The notes under the pieces were generated by a model, which was not told the origin of the DNA, made no database searches, and saw only the letters and a list, made by a program, of their open reading frames with translations. Positions 29,781 to 39,192 of a stretch of 64,000 bases of DNA are shown piece after piece (the stretch's first letter is position 1; each line of letters begins with the position of its first letter). A program made the translations under genes and the position numbers. Source of the stretch: an uncultured delta proteobacterium (GTDB taxonomy: Bacteria; Myxococcota_A; Polyangia; Fen-1088); the NCBI GenBank assembly GCA_963755125.1, contig CAVWIP010000017.1:352001-416000 (forward strand), read 5' to 3'.

Positions 29781-30835
29781 GACGCCATCGCGGGGCGTGG
29801 GTCGCCGTAGCGGCGCTGGGCGTCGCGGCGTGCGCGAGCATGCTGGGGGCCAGACGGGCCAAGCAGCCGGGCGAGGAGATTCGGCAGTCGCACGCAGCTC
29901 ACAAGGATCTGCCGTGCGTGATGTGCCACGAGGACGTGCCCGAGGCCAAAACCGTCACCGACCACTTGCGGCCGCCCGAGGCCAAGTGCCTGGAGTGTCA
30001 CGGCGAGAAGAAAGATCAGAAGGAATGTGGCTTCTGCCACACCGATCCGGCTCACCCCGCAGCCTACCCGCCCGAAACCCACGCCATCATCATCTCACAC
30101 AAGGCCCACCTCAAGCTGGTCAACGACGATTGCACGGCTTGCCACGTGAAGCTGTCGGAGTTCACCCGGCCGGGGCCCACGTCGCCGACCATGAAGTCCT
30201 GCACCAAGTGCCACGAGCACAGGGTCGACTTCGACGAGGGCCGCTGCAGCAAGTGCCACACCGATCTCAAACGCTTCCCGCTCAAGCCAGTGGCCGAGTT
30301 TTCACATACCGGCGACTTCGTCCGGCAGCACGGCCTGGTCGCGCACTCGACCTCTGATGCGTGCGTGCAGTGCCACGACCAGAACTTCTGTGCCGACTGC
30401 CACGCGGGCACCGTAGCTACCCGCATTGAACTCAAGTTCAGCGAAAACGTGACCAGCGACTTCATCCACCGCGGCGACTATCTGACCCGCCATAGCATCG
30501 AAGCGCGCTCCGACCCGGTCTTGTGCCAGCGTTGTCACGGCACTGGCTTCTGCACGGCTTGCCACAACCAGGAAAACGTCGGACCCGGCGGCAGCAACCC
30601 GCGCAGCCCGCACCCCGCTGGCTGGGCCTTCCCTGGCCCCACGTCACACGCAGTGTCCGCCCGGCGCGACATCGTGAACTGTGCCTCGTGCCACGACCAG
30701 GGGCCGAATTCGAACTGCGTCGGGTGTCACCGCGTGGGCGGGATCGGCGGCAATCCACACCCGATCGAGTGGCAGCGGAAGCACAGCCTGCCCGAGGCGT
30801 ACGGCACGGCGATGTGCAAGTACTGTCACCAGTAG
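29777..30835 (+). CDS. 13-heme c-type cytochrome (c3-like), probable lipoprotein
   Basis: Lipobox-like VAA-C; 13 CxxCH motifs with SHxxH distal-His segments. Confidence 0.92.
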   Translation: MRRHRGAWVAVAALGVAACASMLGARRAKQPGEEIRQSHAAHKDLPCVMCHEDVPEAKTVTDHLRPPEAKCLECHGEKKDQKECGFCHTDPAHPAAYPPETHAIIISHKAHLKLVNDDCTACHVKLSEFTRPGPTSPTMKSCTKCHEHRVDFDEGRCSKCHTDLKRFPLKPVAEFSHTGDFVRQHGLVAHSTSDACVQCHDQNFCADCHAGTVATRIELKFSENVTSDFIHRGDYLTRHSIEARSDPVLCQRCHGTGFCTACHNQENVGPGGSNPRSPHPAGWAFPGPTSHAVSARRDIVNCASCHDQGPNSNCVGCHRVGGIGGNPHPIEWQRKHSLPEAYGTAMCKYCHQ

Positions 30836-30850
30836 TTCCAACGCGATCGG

Positions 30851-31588
30851 CTACTTCTCGACGACGATCAGCACTTCTTCCGCGTGCAGATTGTCGTCCG
30901 TGCCGAGCCTGCGGACCGTCCCATTTTCGTAGGCGTAGCCCGAAACCACCCGCACGCCCGAGTCGCGGGACCAGTCGAGCAAGTCCTGCAAGGTGAAGGG
31001 GTGGATGTTGGCGGTCTCGTACCATTGGTAGGGCAACCATTCGGTGACCGGCATGCGTCCACTCGCCACCAGATCGACCAGCACGCGCCAGTGGGCAAAG
31101 TTGGGAAACGAAACCATGCCCCGCCGGCCCACCCGCAGCATCTCAGCCAGCATCTCGCGCGGGTTGGCGAGCGTTTGCAATGTCTCTTCCAGAACCACCA
31201 CGTCGAAGGCCTGGTCAGGAAAGCGGCGCAGTCCCTCGTCGAGATCGGCCTGCATGACCGGCACGCCACGCTCCACGCAGGAGAACACGGCCTCGGGATC
31301 GATCTCCAGCCCTTGGCCGCGGACGCCGAGATCGCGCATCAGCCGTTCGAGCAGCGCCCCGTTGCCGCAGCCCAGGTCCAGAACCCGCGCGCCCTTCGGG
31401 ATCTCTCGCGCGATGATCTCGTCCTGCCAGCGGGTCGCGCTCGGCGGCCGCTCGGGCGCCTGCGGGCGCGCGGCCAGAAGCTTGGACAACTCGGCTGCCC
31501 GCCGGTCATAAAGACCTTGCGGCAGACGCTCCACGCTGCGGTCGGTGATCAGGTTGGGGTCGATGTGGGGAGGAGGCCTTTGCGTCAT
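30851..31588 (-). CDS. metW: Methionine biosynthesis protein MetW
   Basis: VLDLGCGNG, DLDEGL, VSFPNFAHW, LPYQWYET-NIH; follows metX. Confidence 0.9.
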   Translation of the reverse strand: MTQRPPPHIDPNLITDRSVERLPQGLYDRRAAELSKLLAARPQAPERPPSATRWQDEIIAREIPKGARVLDLGCGNGALLERLMRDLGVRGQGLEIDPEAVFSCVERGVPVMQADLDEGLRRFPDQAFDVVVLEETLQTLANPREMLAEMLRVGRRGMVSFPNFAHWRVLVDLVASGRMPVTEWLPYQWYETANIHPFTLQDLLDWSRDSGVRVVSGYAYENGTVRRLGTDDNLHAEEVLIVVEK

Positions 31589-31600
31589 GTGACCCTCGAA

Positions 31601-32797
31601 TCAGCGAGACAAGAAACCGCGCAGCAGGCGTCCGACCTTCTCAGTTTCGACCAAGAACGAATCGTGGCCGTAGTGCGACGGCACGTTGGCGTAAGTGACC
31701 GGCCGGTTAGCCTGGGTGAGGGCCAGGGCCAGCTCCTTGCAGCCCTCGGGAGGATAGAGCCAATCCGAGTCGAACGAGACAATGAGCATCTTGCAACGGA
31801 TGCGCCGGCAGGCCTCGGTCAGGCTGCCTTCGCCCCACGCCGCCGCCGCGTCGTAGTAGTCCATGGCGCGCGTGATATAGAGGTAGCTGTTGGCGTCGAA
31901 TCGTTCCACAAAGGCGCGACCCTGGTGGTCAAGGTAGCTCTCCACCGCGAACTCGATGCCAAACCCACCGGGACGGCCGTTGCTGTCGTCCTGCAAGCGC
32001 CGTCCGAATTTCTCGTGCATTCCCTCGTCGGAAAGATAGGTGATGTGGGCCAGCATGCGCGCCGCCGCCAGTCCGGCCGCGGGCCCCTCGCGGTCGTAGT
32101 AGTCGCCGCCCGCAAAATTGGGATCGTTGAGGATGCAGTAGCGGCCCACGGCGTTGAAGGCCAGACCCTGCACCGATAGGCGCGCGCTGGCCGCCAGAAC
32201 CACCGAGCGTTCGACCCGGTCGGGGTGCGCGAGCGCCATCTCGAGCGCCTGCTGGCCACCGAGCGAGCCTCCCACCACCGCTTGCAAGCGGTCGATGCCG
32301 AGCGCATCGAGAAGGCGCATGTGCAGGTTGACCCAGTCGCGCACCGTGACCATGGGGAAGCGCAAGCCATAGGGTTTCCCCGTCGAGGGATCGCTCGATG
32401 ATGGCCCTGTGGTGCCGTAACACCCTCCCAGCACATTGGGGCAGATGACGAACAGCCGGTTGGTGTCGATGGCCTTGCCTGGCCCCACGATGGCGTCCCA
32501 CCAGCCCGGTTTCTTCTGTCGCCAGGTGCGGCCAGTCTCGGCCGCGCGGCGGTCCCAGCCCGCGACATGCGCATCCCCGGACAGTGCATGCGCGATGAAC
32601 ACGACGTTGTCCTTGCTGGGCGAAAGCGATCCGTAGGTCTCGTACTCGACATCCACCGGACCGATGCTGCCGCCCAGTTCAAGCGCCAGCGATGTGTCGG
32701 CAGACACAAGGCGCGTCGTCTGCGCCTCCGTCCACCCTACCGAGCCCGGAGCGTCGGGCGGAGTCAGGCGCGCTTCATCCTTTCTTGCGGGAGCCAT
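31601..32797 (-). CDS. metX: Homoserine O-acyltransferase (MetX family)
   Basis: HALSGDAH, GGCYGTTGP, GGSLGG nucleophile elbow, FDANSY, GHDSFL. Confidence 0.95.
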   Translation of the reverse strand: MAPARKDEARLTPPDAPGSVGWTEAQTTRLVSADTSLALELGGSIGPVDVEYETYGSLSPSKDNVVFIAHALSGDAHVAGWDRRAAETGRTWRQKKPGWWDAIVGPGKAIDTNRLFVICPNVLGGCYGTTGPSSSDPSTGKPYGLRFPMVTVRDWVNLHMRLLDALGIDRLQAVVGGSLGGQQALEMALAHPDRVERSVVLAASARLSVQGLAFNAVGRYCILNDPNFAGGDYYDREGPAAGLAAARMLAHITYLSDEGMHEKFGRRLQDDSNGRPGGFGIEFAVESYLDHQGRAFVERFDANSYLYITRAMDYYDAAAAWGEGSLTEACRRIRCKMLIVSFDSDWLYPPEGCKELALALTQANRPVTYANVPSHYGHDSFLVETEKVGRLLRGFLSR

Positions 32798-32844
32798 GCG
32801 AATCGGTATCAGGTCCGAGCGGCCGGTGGGCGAGCCTTCGACGT

Positions 32845-33291
32845 CTAAATGGAATAGGTGGGGGCCTTGGCCCGCAAAGTGGCCCGATAGCGATCCGTCA
32901 TATCCTGGAAATTCGTCGAGTTGTAGACGGAATCCACCGCCGTACAGGCGCGCTCCCACAACTTGACGAAGATGCAGTCCGGACCATGCGGGCACTCGGC
33001 CTGCGGGTGGTTCGCGCACAAGGTGGAAAGTGGCGGGCCTTGCAACACGCGCAGAACGTCGCCGACGGAAACCTCTGCCGGAGGGCGTGCCAGGATGTAG
33101 CCGCCTTCATTCCCGCGGCGTGATGCCACGAAGCCGCCGCGCTTGAGCTGCGCGAGGATGGCCTCGAGAAAGCGCGCAGGGATGGCTTGCGCCTTGGCGA
33201 TCTGAGAGATTGAAATGGGTCCCTGTCCGAAACGAAACGAGAGCTCGAGAACGGCTTTCAGCGCGTACCGACTTTTTTGACTCACGTTCAC
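32845..33291 (-). CDS. Rrf2-family transcriptional regulator with three-Cys motif
   Basis: SRYALKA, IPARFLEAIL, SRRGNEGGY, CANHPQAECPHGPDC. GTG start inferred. Confidence 0.92.
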   Translation of the reverse strand: MNVSQKSRYALKAVLELSFRFGQGPISISQIAKAQAIPARFLEAILAQLKRGGFVASRRGNEGGYILARPPAEVSVGDVLRVLQGPPLSTLCANHPQAECPHGPDCIFVKLWERACTAVDSVYNSTNFQDMTDRYRATLRAKAPTYSI

Positions 33292-33469
33292 TGAAAAAGA
33301 TCCTCTTTGAAGCCCCAAGGACGCAAATCCTACCGGGTTGATAGTGCTGGGGGCCAGGGGTGTCAAGGTGATAGTGCGTCGAGGATGCCTCGGTCGGCCG
33401 TGATTTTCCCCGGGATGGCAAAGGGTGCTTGCCGCACAGGCCTTGAGCCAGTGCTATACAACGGTCCCA

Positions 33470-34492
33470 GTGTCAGACATTCCTGAGCCCAACGCGCCGT
33501 CCTTGACGGGCAAAGCCCCACTCAGCGTTGCCGGGACAGTGGCCATCCTGGGCAGGCCCAACGTGGGCAAGTCCACCTTGCTCAACCGGATCGTCGGCGA
33601 GAAGCTGGCCATCGTCACGCCCAAGCCGCAGACCACCCGCACGCGCATCGTCGGCGTGTGGAACGGCGAGGCCGAGTTGCCCGCCACCGATCCGCGCGCA
33701 GGGCAGGGACCGGTGAGGGGCCAGATCGTGTTCGTAGATACCCCGGGCGTACACGAGGCGCGCTCCGAGTTGAACCGTTTCATGGTGCGCGAGGCGATGG
33801 CGACCATCGACCAGGTGGACGCAGCCTTGCTCGTGGTGGAGGCTCACCCGCTCACCAGCGCATTTTCTCCGGCTGCCGCGGCGTTGCCCGAGGGCGAGCG
33901 GCGTATCATCGAGCGGCTGACGGAAACCAAACGGCCTACCGTACTGGCCCTCAACAAGGTCGACAAGGTCAAGGACAAGGCCCAGCTGCTTCCTGTGCTC
34001 GACTGGTGGATCAAAGAGTATGCCTTTCCGGCGGTGGTGCCCACCTGTGCGGCCCGCGGCAAGGGCGTGGAAGACATCGTGCGCGAACTGCTGGGTCTTT
34101 TGCCCGAGAGGCCGCCTCTTTATGAGCCCGACGTGCTCACCGATCGGACGGAACGCTTCTTGGCCGGTGAGCTGATCCGGGAGCAGCTCTTCCTCCGGCT
34201 GCGCCAGGAACTGCCCTACGCCACGGCGGTTCTGGTCGAGACCTGGACCGATCGCCCGACCGGTGACACGGTCATCGAGGCATCGATCGTGGTGGAGCGC
34301 GAAAGCCAGAAGGCCATCGTGGTGGGCAGGCATGGCTCCATGATTCGCGACGTGGGTACGGCTGGACGCCAGGAGATCGCGAAGTTTCTTGGCCGCCCGG
34401 TTCATCTGCGCCTGAACGTGCGCGTGGAAGAAGACTGGACCAACTCGCGCAGCGAGATCGCGCGCCTGGGCTACGAGGACGGAACCCGGTGA
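33470..34492 (+). CDS. era: GTPase Era
   Basis: GRPNVGKS, PQTTR, DTPG, NKVD, KH domain (QELPY, QKAIVVG). Confidence 0.97.
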   Translation: MSDIPEPNAPSLTGKAPLSVAGTVAILGRPNVGKSTLLNRIVGEKLAIVTPKPQTTRTRIVGVWNGEAELPATDPRAGQGPVRGQIVFVDTPGVHEARSELNRFMVREAMATIDQVDAALLVVEAHPLTSAFSPAAAALPEGERRIIERLTETKRPTVLALNKVDKVKDKAQLLPVLDWWIKEYAFPAVVPTCAARGKGVEDIVRELLGLLPERPPLYEPDVLTDRTERFLAGELIREQLFLRLRQELPYATAVLVETWTDRPTGDTVIEASIVVERESQKAIVVGRHGSMIRDVGTAGRQEIAKFLGRPVHLRLNVRVEEDWTNSRSEIARLGYEDGTR

Positions 34493-35892
34493 GCAGACGA
34501 AGCCGCCGGTCAGCCGACGATCCCTCCTTGCCAGTCGTGTCTTTGGTGGGACGGCCCAACGTGGGCAAGTCGTCGCTGTTCAACCGCTTGGTGGGCGGCC
34601 AGCCTGCGCTGGTCGAGGACATGCCAGGCGTGACGCGCGATCGGCGCTATGGCGTGTGCGATTGGTCCGGCGTGCGGTTCCGGCTGACCGACACCGGCGG
34701 CCTGGATCCGGGCGCCAGCGGGATTCTGGGGGCGATGCGCTCGCAAACCCTGCGCGCGGTGGAGGAGGCGGCGGTCTTGATTCTCGTGCTCGACGTGAAG
34801 GAAGGCATCACGCCAGTCGACCAAGAGGTCGCTCAGCTCTTGCGGCGCACGGGCAAGCCCGTCCTGGTCGCGGCCAACAAGGTGGACTCGGCGACACGCG
34901 AGCCAAGCATGGGCGAGGTGTTTCGCCTCGGGTTTGACCAGGTTTTCGCGGTGTCGGCCGCACACGGACGCGGCGTGGGCGATCTGCTCGACGCCACGGT
35001 CGCCGCTCTGGGCGGTGCGGCCTCGCCGGTCGCTTCCGTCGAACAAGGCGACCCGGCGGAGGCGGACGGCGAGAGCGCACCCATCCGACTGGCCTTTGTT
35101 GGCAAGCCCAACGTGGGCAAATCCTCCCTGGTCAATCGCCTGCTTGGGGAGGAGAGGGTGCTGGTGCACGACCAGCCAGGCACCACCCGTGACCCGATCG
35201 ACACACCCTTCACCTGGCAGGGGCGCGAGTTCGTGCTGGTGGACACCGCGGGCCTGCGGCGTCGTCGCGCCATCGACACGCTGACCGAGGCGGTGTCAGC
35301 GAAGATGGCGCGTGACCAACTCGCGCGCGCAGACGTCGTGGCCCTGGTCATCGATGCCCAGAGCGGTGCCACGGCCGAAGATGCGAAACTGGCCAGCTTC
35401 ATTGAGGAGTCGGGTCGGGCAGCTCTCATCGTGGTCAACAAGGGCGACCTCATCCGTCGGGCCGAGATAGACAAGCGGGTTGCCGCTGTCCGCGAGGAAC
35501 TCGGCTTCATGGCGTGGGCGCCGGTGGTGGTGACTTCTGCGGTCACCGGGCGTGGCGCAGGCGATATTCTGCGGATTGCAGCCGACGTATTTGCACAATG
35601 GTGTCGAAGGGTTGTTACATCTGAGTTAAACAAACACTTCGAAGATATCGTAACCCGCAGGCCGCCCCCTGCCGGGCCGGGCGGACGCTATGTCCGCCTC
35701 TACTACATCACCCAGGCACAGACCAGCCCGCCGTCCTTTTTCGTCAGCGCCAACTACCCCGCGGCCGTGGGATTGCCCTACCGCCGCTACCTGACGAACC
35801 AGCTCAGGGACATCTACGGGTTCGAGGGATCGCCCTTGCGCCTCGTTCTGCGCGTCCACAAGGGCAAGAAACCCGCGCGAAAGGCAGGCTAG
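34489..35892 (+). CDS. der: Ribosome biogenesis GTPase Der (EngA)
   Basis: Two G domains (GRPNVGKS/GVTRD and GKPNVGKS/GTTRD), YITQ, YGFEGSP. Confidence 0.97.
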   Translation: MSRRSRRSADDPSLPVVSLVGRPNVGKSSLFNRLVGGQPALVEDMPGVTRDRRYGVCDWSGVRFRLTDTGGLDPGASGILGAMRSQTLRAVEEAAVLILVLDVKEGITPVDQEVAQLLRRTGKPVLVAANKVDSATREPSMGEVFRLGFDQVFAVSAAHGRGVGDLLDATVAALGGAASPVASVEQGDPAEADGESAPIRLAFVGKPNVGKSSLVNRLLGEERVLVHDQPGTTRDPIDTPFTWQGREFVLVDTAGLRRRRAIDTLTEAVSAKMARDQLARADVVALVIDAQSGATAEDAKLASFIEESGRAALIVVNKGDLIRRAEIDKRVAAVREELGFMAWAPVVVTSAVTGRGAGDILRIAADVFAQWCRRVVTSELNKHFEDIVTRRPPPAGPGGRYVRLYYITQAQTSPPSFFVSANYPAAVGLPYRRYLTNQLRDIYGFEGSPLRLVLRVHKGKKPARKAG

Positions 35893-35916
35893 CTTCAGGC
35901 TTGCGAGCAGCCCCGG

Positions 35917-36459
35917 CTAGAAGACTCGTCCGATGCGCAGGCCGGCACAGGCCCACCACGGCTGGGTGCCACCAGGCCCCCTGAGGCGCAGGGCGAAGTA
36001 GTCAAAGCGGGCCAGAGCTGCCAGGGTCCAGCGCCGCGAGAGTAGATATTCTGCGCCCAGCCCCACTTGCGGCCCGAGGCGCTGCGAGCTAGCGCCGTCG
36101 CCGCGCAGGTCAGCCAGGCTGACCCCCAGATCCAGAAAAGGCACCCAGCGCACCACATCCAGAGAGTAGGTCATGCCCAAGGAAGCTGCCGTCACATGAG
36201 CCGGATCGCCTGACCCCGTCTTGGGCTGCCAGGAACTGCCAACTGCCGCGCGGCCGGCCCAGGAGTCTGTGAACCCCATCATGGCCTCGACGCCTGCCTG
36301 CATTCCGGGGCGTGCGCTGTCATCGGTCCCGGCCAGGGCGAACCCGAGAGAAGCAGAAATCTGTTTTTCACCCGGGCCTGTCGCGCGCGCCGGACCGGGC
36401 GCCGCACATGGAATGACGAGGGTTGCCATCAGCAGACCCCTGAAGATACGGCCGGGCAT
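35917..36459 (-). CDS. Small outer-membrane beta-barrel-like protein
   Basis: Signal peptide, beta-strand pattern, C-terminal Phe. Confidence 0.6.
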   Translation of the reverse strand: MPGRIFRGLLMATLVIPCAAPGPARATGPGEKQISASLGFALAGTDDSARPGMQAGVEAMMGFTDSWAGRAAVGSSWQPKTGSGDPAHVTAASLGMTYSLDVVRWVPFLDLGVSLADLRGDGASSQRLGPQVGLGAEYLLSRRWTLAALARFDYFALRLRGPGGTQPWWACAGLRIGRVF

Positions 36460-36518
36460 GTTCCGCAGTGTACAAGGTCAGTTGACCCGGCCCTATCCCT
36501 CTGTTATCTCCTCACCCC

Positions 36519-37271
36519 GTGGCCCGCTCCATCAATCGCAAAGAGTTGAAGCAACCGGACGAGTTCGTCAGTTTCTGGACGCGACTCGGTTCCTCCATTT
36601 CCGCCCACCGTGGCAAGGTCATCGCGTCCTTCGCGATCGTGGTGGTGGGGGCCGGCGGCACTTGGGGGGGCATGGCTTGGAAGCAGCACCTGGCCACTGA
36701 AGAAACCGAGGCTTTTTCGCGCATCGAGAAGACGGCACTGGCGCCGCTGCTGCCCGAGAAGACCGAGGAGACCAAGCCGGCTGACGACGAAGACGAGGGC
36801 ATGCGGTTCAAGACTGAGCAGGAGCGACTACTGGCCACCGTCACGGAAGCCGATGCCTTTCTGGCCGCGCATGGTTCTTCCGGCCTTGCCCGGCTGGCCT
36901 CGCTCATCAAGGCCAATGCTCTGCTCCGCCTCGGCAAGAGTGCGGACGCGGCCACGGCCTACCAGCAACTTTTGCAGGGCGAGGCCGACAAGGGCATGCG
37001 CCTGGTCGAACAGGACGGGCTGGCATTGGAACTCGAGGCTCAGGGCCAGATCGACAAGGCCATCGAGATGTACAGCACCATGGCCAGCGAGGCTGAGCAG
37101 GTAGGGAACTTCTATGCCGATCGGGCCCTGTACGCCAAGGCGCGCTTGCTGCAGAAGCAGGGCAAGGGCAAGGACGCGGAGAAGGTTCTGCGCGAGATCT
37201 TGGACAAGATGCCCAAGACCTCGTTGCGCAGGGACATCGATGACCGCTTGGCCGCGCTGGGCGACCAGTAG
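36519..37271 (+). CDS. YfgM-like TPR membrane protein
   Basis: RKELKQPDEF N-terminus, one TM helix, TPR helices; lies upstream of a BamB-like gene. Confidence 0.75.
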   Translation: MARSINRKELKQPDEFVSFWTRLGSSISAHRGKVIASFAIVVVGAGGTWGGMAWKQHLATEETEAFSRIEKTALAPLLPEKTEETKPADDEDEGMRFKTEQERLLATVTEADAFLAAHGSSGLARLASLIKANALLRLGKSADAATAYQQLLQGEADKGMRLVEQDGLALELEAQGQIDKAIEMYSTMASEAEQVGNFYADRALYAKARLLQKQGKGKDAEKVLREILDKMPKTSLRRDIDDRLAALGDQ

Positions 37272-37281
37272 CGAGCGGTTG

Positions 37282-38445
37282 ATGTTGTTCTTGCGTCAAC
37301 TCGCGGCTCGGCCTGGCCGCACGGTGAGTCTGTTCCTGGTTCTGTGGTTTTGCGGCTGCGGAAGTGGCGCTCTTCATCGCGCGACCGAGGAGCGGCATGA
37401 GTATCCGGCCGGCGTCGTCCAGATGCGCTGGCGCGTGCCTATCCATCCCTATCCCGCCAGCGAAGCGCAGCCCGAAGAATGTGCCACAGGCGCTCTGGTC
37501 GATTCACGTCTGATCCTGGGCTCGCGAGCGGGCCATGTGGCGGCGGTGGACACGGCGACCGGTCGTTTGATTTGGTCCGTACCGATAGCGGGAGGTGTGG
37601 AAGGTGAGGCGCGCTTCGATCGGGCGCGCAGTCAGGTCTACCTGGGCACCGACGACGGAGTTCTCTACGCCATCGACCCGCAGGACGGGAAGATTCGCTG
37701 GTCATACAAAGGCAAGGGCTCGGTCGAGCGCCAGCCCGAGTTGGGAGCAACCCTGGTCTACTTCGCCAGCGCCGCGAACCGCACGGTCGCGCTGGAAGCA
37801 GCCACGGGCAAGAAGCGGTGGCAGTACGAACGTGACACGCCCGAAGGGTTCAGCATCCACGGCCACGCGGGGCCGCGCCTGGGCGGTGACGTCCTTTACA
37901 CCGGATTCGATGATGGGTATCTGGTGGCGCTGGGCGCCCAGACCGGGGAACTGCGCTGGGCCCGCTCCCTGGCCGCGGCTTCCGATCAATTCGTGGACGT
38001 GGATTCGACCCCCGTCTTGTCCGGTGATCTGCTCGTTGCGGCCTCGTACTCGGGAGGCCTGTATGCGTTGCGGGCCAGAGACGGCGATGTGATCTGGCGC
38101 TTGGGGGTGGAGGGCGCCGTGGCCATTCGGGTTGGGTCGAACCGGTTGTACGTGGCATCCCCTCGGGATGGTCTGGCCGCGGTGACGATGCAAGGACGCA
38201 TCGAATGGCGTCAGGGCATGGCCGATGCTGGCGATTTGACCCCGCCCCAGGAAGTGGGCCCGTATCTGGTTTTCACGGGTGGCCGGGCTGGTTTGTTCGT
38301 GGTGGACCGATTGAACGGTCAGCTCCTGCAGGTGTTCGACCCGGGTCGTGGAATGTGCGCGGCACCCCTCATCGACGGTGAGCGACGCGAGATTTACGTG
38401 CTTGCCAATACCGGAACTCTGTACGCTCTGTCTTTGATCTGGTGA
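37282..38445 (+). CDS. PQQ-like beta-propeller lipoprotein (BamB-like)
   Basis: Repeated AxDxxTG...W blades, DVDSTP. Confidence 0.8.
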   Translation: MLFLRQLAARPGRTVSLFLVLWFCGCGSGALHRATEERHEYPAGVVQMRWRVPIHPYPASEAQPEECATGALVDSRLILGSRAGHVAAVDTATGRLIWSVPIAGGVEGEARFDRARSQVYLGTDDGVLYAIDPQDGKIRWSYKGKGSVERQPELGATLVYFASAANRTVALEAATGKKRWQYERDTPEGFSIHGHAGPRLGGDVLYTGFDDGYLVALGAQTGELRWARSLAAASDQFVDVDSTPVLSGDLLVAASYSGGLYALRARDGDVIWRLGVEGAVAIRVGSNRLYVASPRDGLAAVTMQGRIEWRQGMADAGDLTPPQEVGPYLVFTGGRAGLFVVDRLNGQLLQVFDPGRGMCAAPLIDGERREIYVLANTGTLYALSLIW

Positions 38446-39141
38446 CTAGACCCGCAAAGGCGTTTGCAGACTGGTCAGCCTACGCACCAGTTCCTTGATG
38501 CGCCGGCCGCCGCCGGCGTCACGCGCGCGCCACTCGATGCCGAAGACGTTCTGGTTGCCAGACTTTCCCGTCCAGGCCACGCGACCGATGAAGGCCATGG
38601 GCACTTCGGCGCCTGGCGGCGCGATTTCCAACACCACCCGCTCTTGGATGGCCACGGTCGCGGACGACAGCACGAAGGCGCCGCCGCGCCCCACGTCGCG
38701 CAGGTGCCCGTCAAACCCTTCCAGCCTGCCGACCGGTCGCCAGGAAATGGGCAGGTCCACCGGGATACGCTCGTGTCGCCGACGGCTGTGCGCGCTCGTC
38801 CCGGCCCGGGCGAGATCGAGCAAGTACTCCCACTTGGCTCGTTCGCTGGCCAGAAACTCGACACCGATGCCGGCCCGGATCTTCAGGATGTGTCGTCCGG
38901 GCCGCCGCCAGGCGACCCGTCCGTAGACCATCATAGGGGGTTGTCGGCGACCGAGGCGAACCTTGACCGCCACCATCTCGCCGATGGGGATGTTGCGGCG
39001 AGTGGGGCAAAAAACACCGCCATTTCCGCCCGAAGGCTGGAAACCGGCGAGAAACTCCCGTGTGTTCTTCACGACAAGCTCAGGGAAGCTGGCGGCGCCG
39101 GAGGGAGCCGACGAGATATCATCCTTGCGATCCCTGGACAT
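38446..39141 (-). CDS. Tandem PilZ-domain protein
   Basis: RRHERIP and DVGRGGAF in the C-terminal PilZ; GGVFCPT and GIGVEF in the N-terminal PilZ-like domain. Confidence 0.85.
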   Translation of the reverse strand: MSRDRKDDISSAPSGAASFPELVVKNTREFLAGFQPSGGNGGVFCPTRRNIPIGEMVAVKVRLGRRQPPMMVYGRVAWRRPGRHILKIRAGIGVEFLASERAKWEYLLDLARAGTSAHSRRRHERIPVDLPISWRPVGRLEGFDGHLRDVGRGGAFVLSSATVAIQERVVLEIAPPGAEVPMAFIGRVAWTGKSGNQNVFGIEWRARDAGGGRRIKELVRRLTSLQTPLRV

Positions 39142-39192
39142 TGTTTTTGTTCTACCGACAGGCATGCTACGCCTTTGAGGAGTTGATACACC

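Noticed and set aside
35585..35655. Lower-GC stretch with weak dyad symmetry inside der
   Set aside because: It encodes the expected Der sequence (RVVTSELNKHF); the symmetry is too imperfect to call a site.
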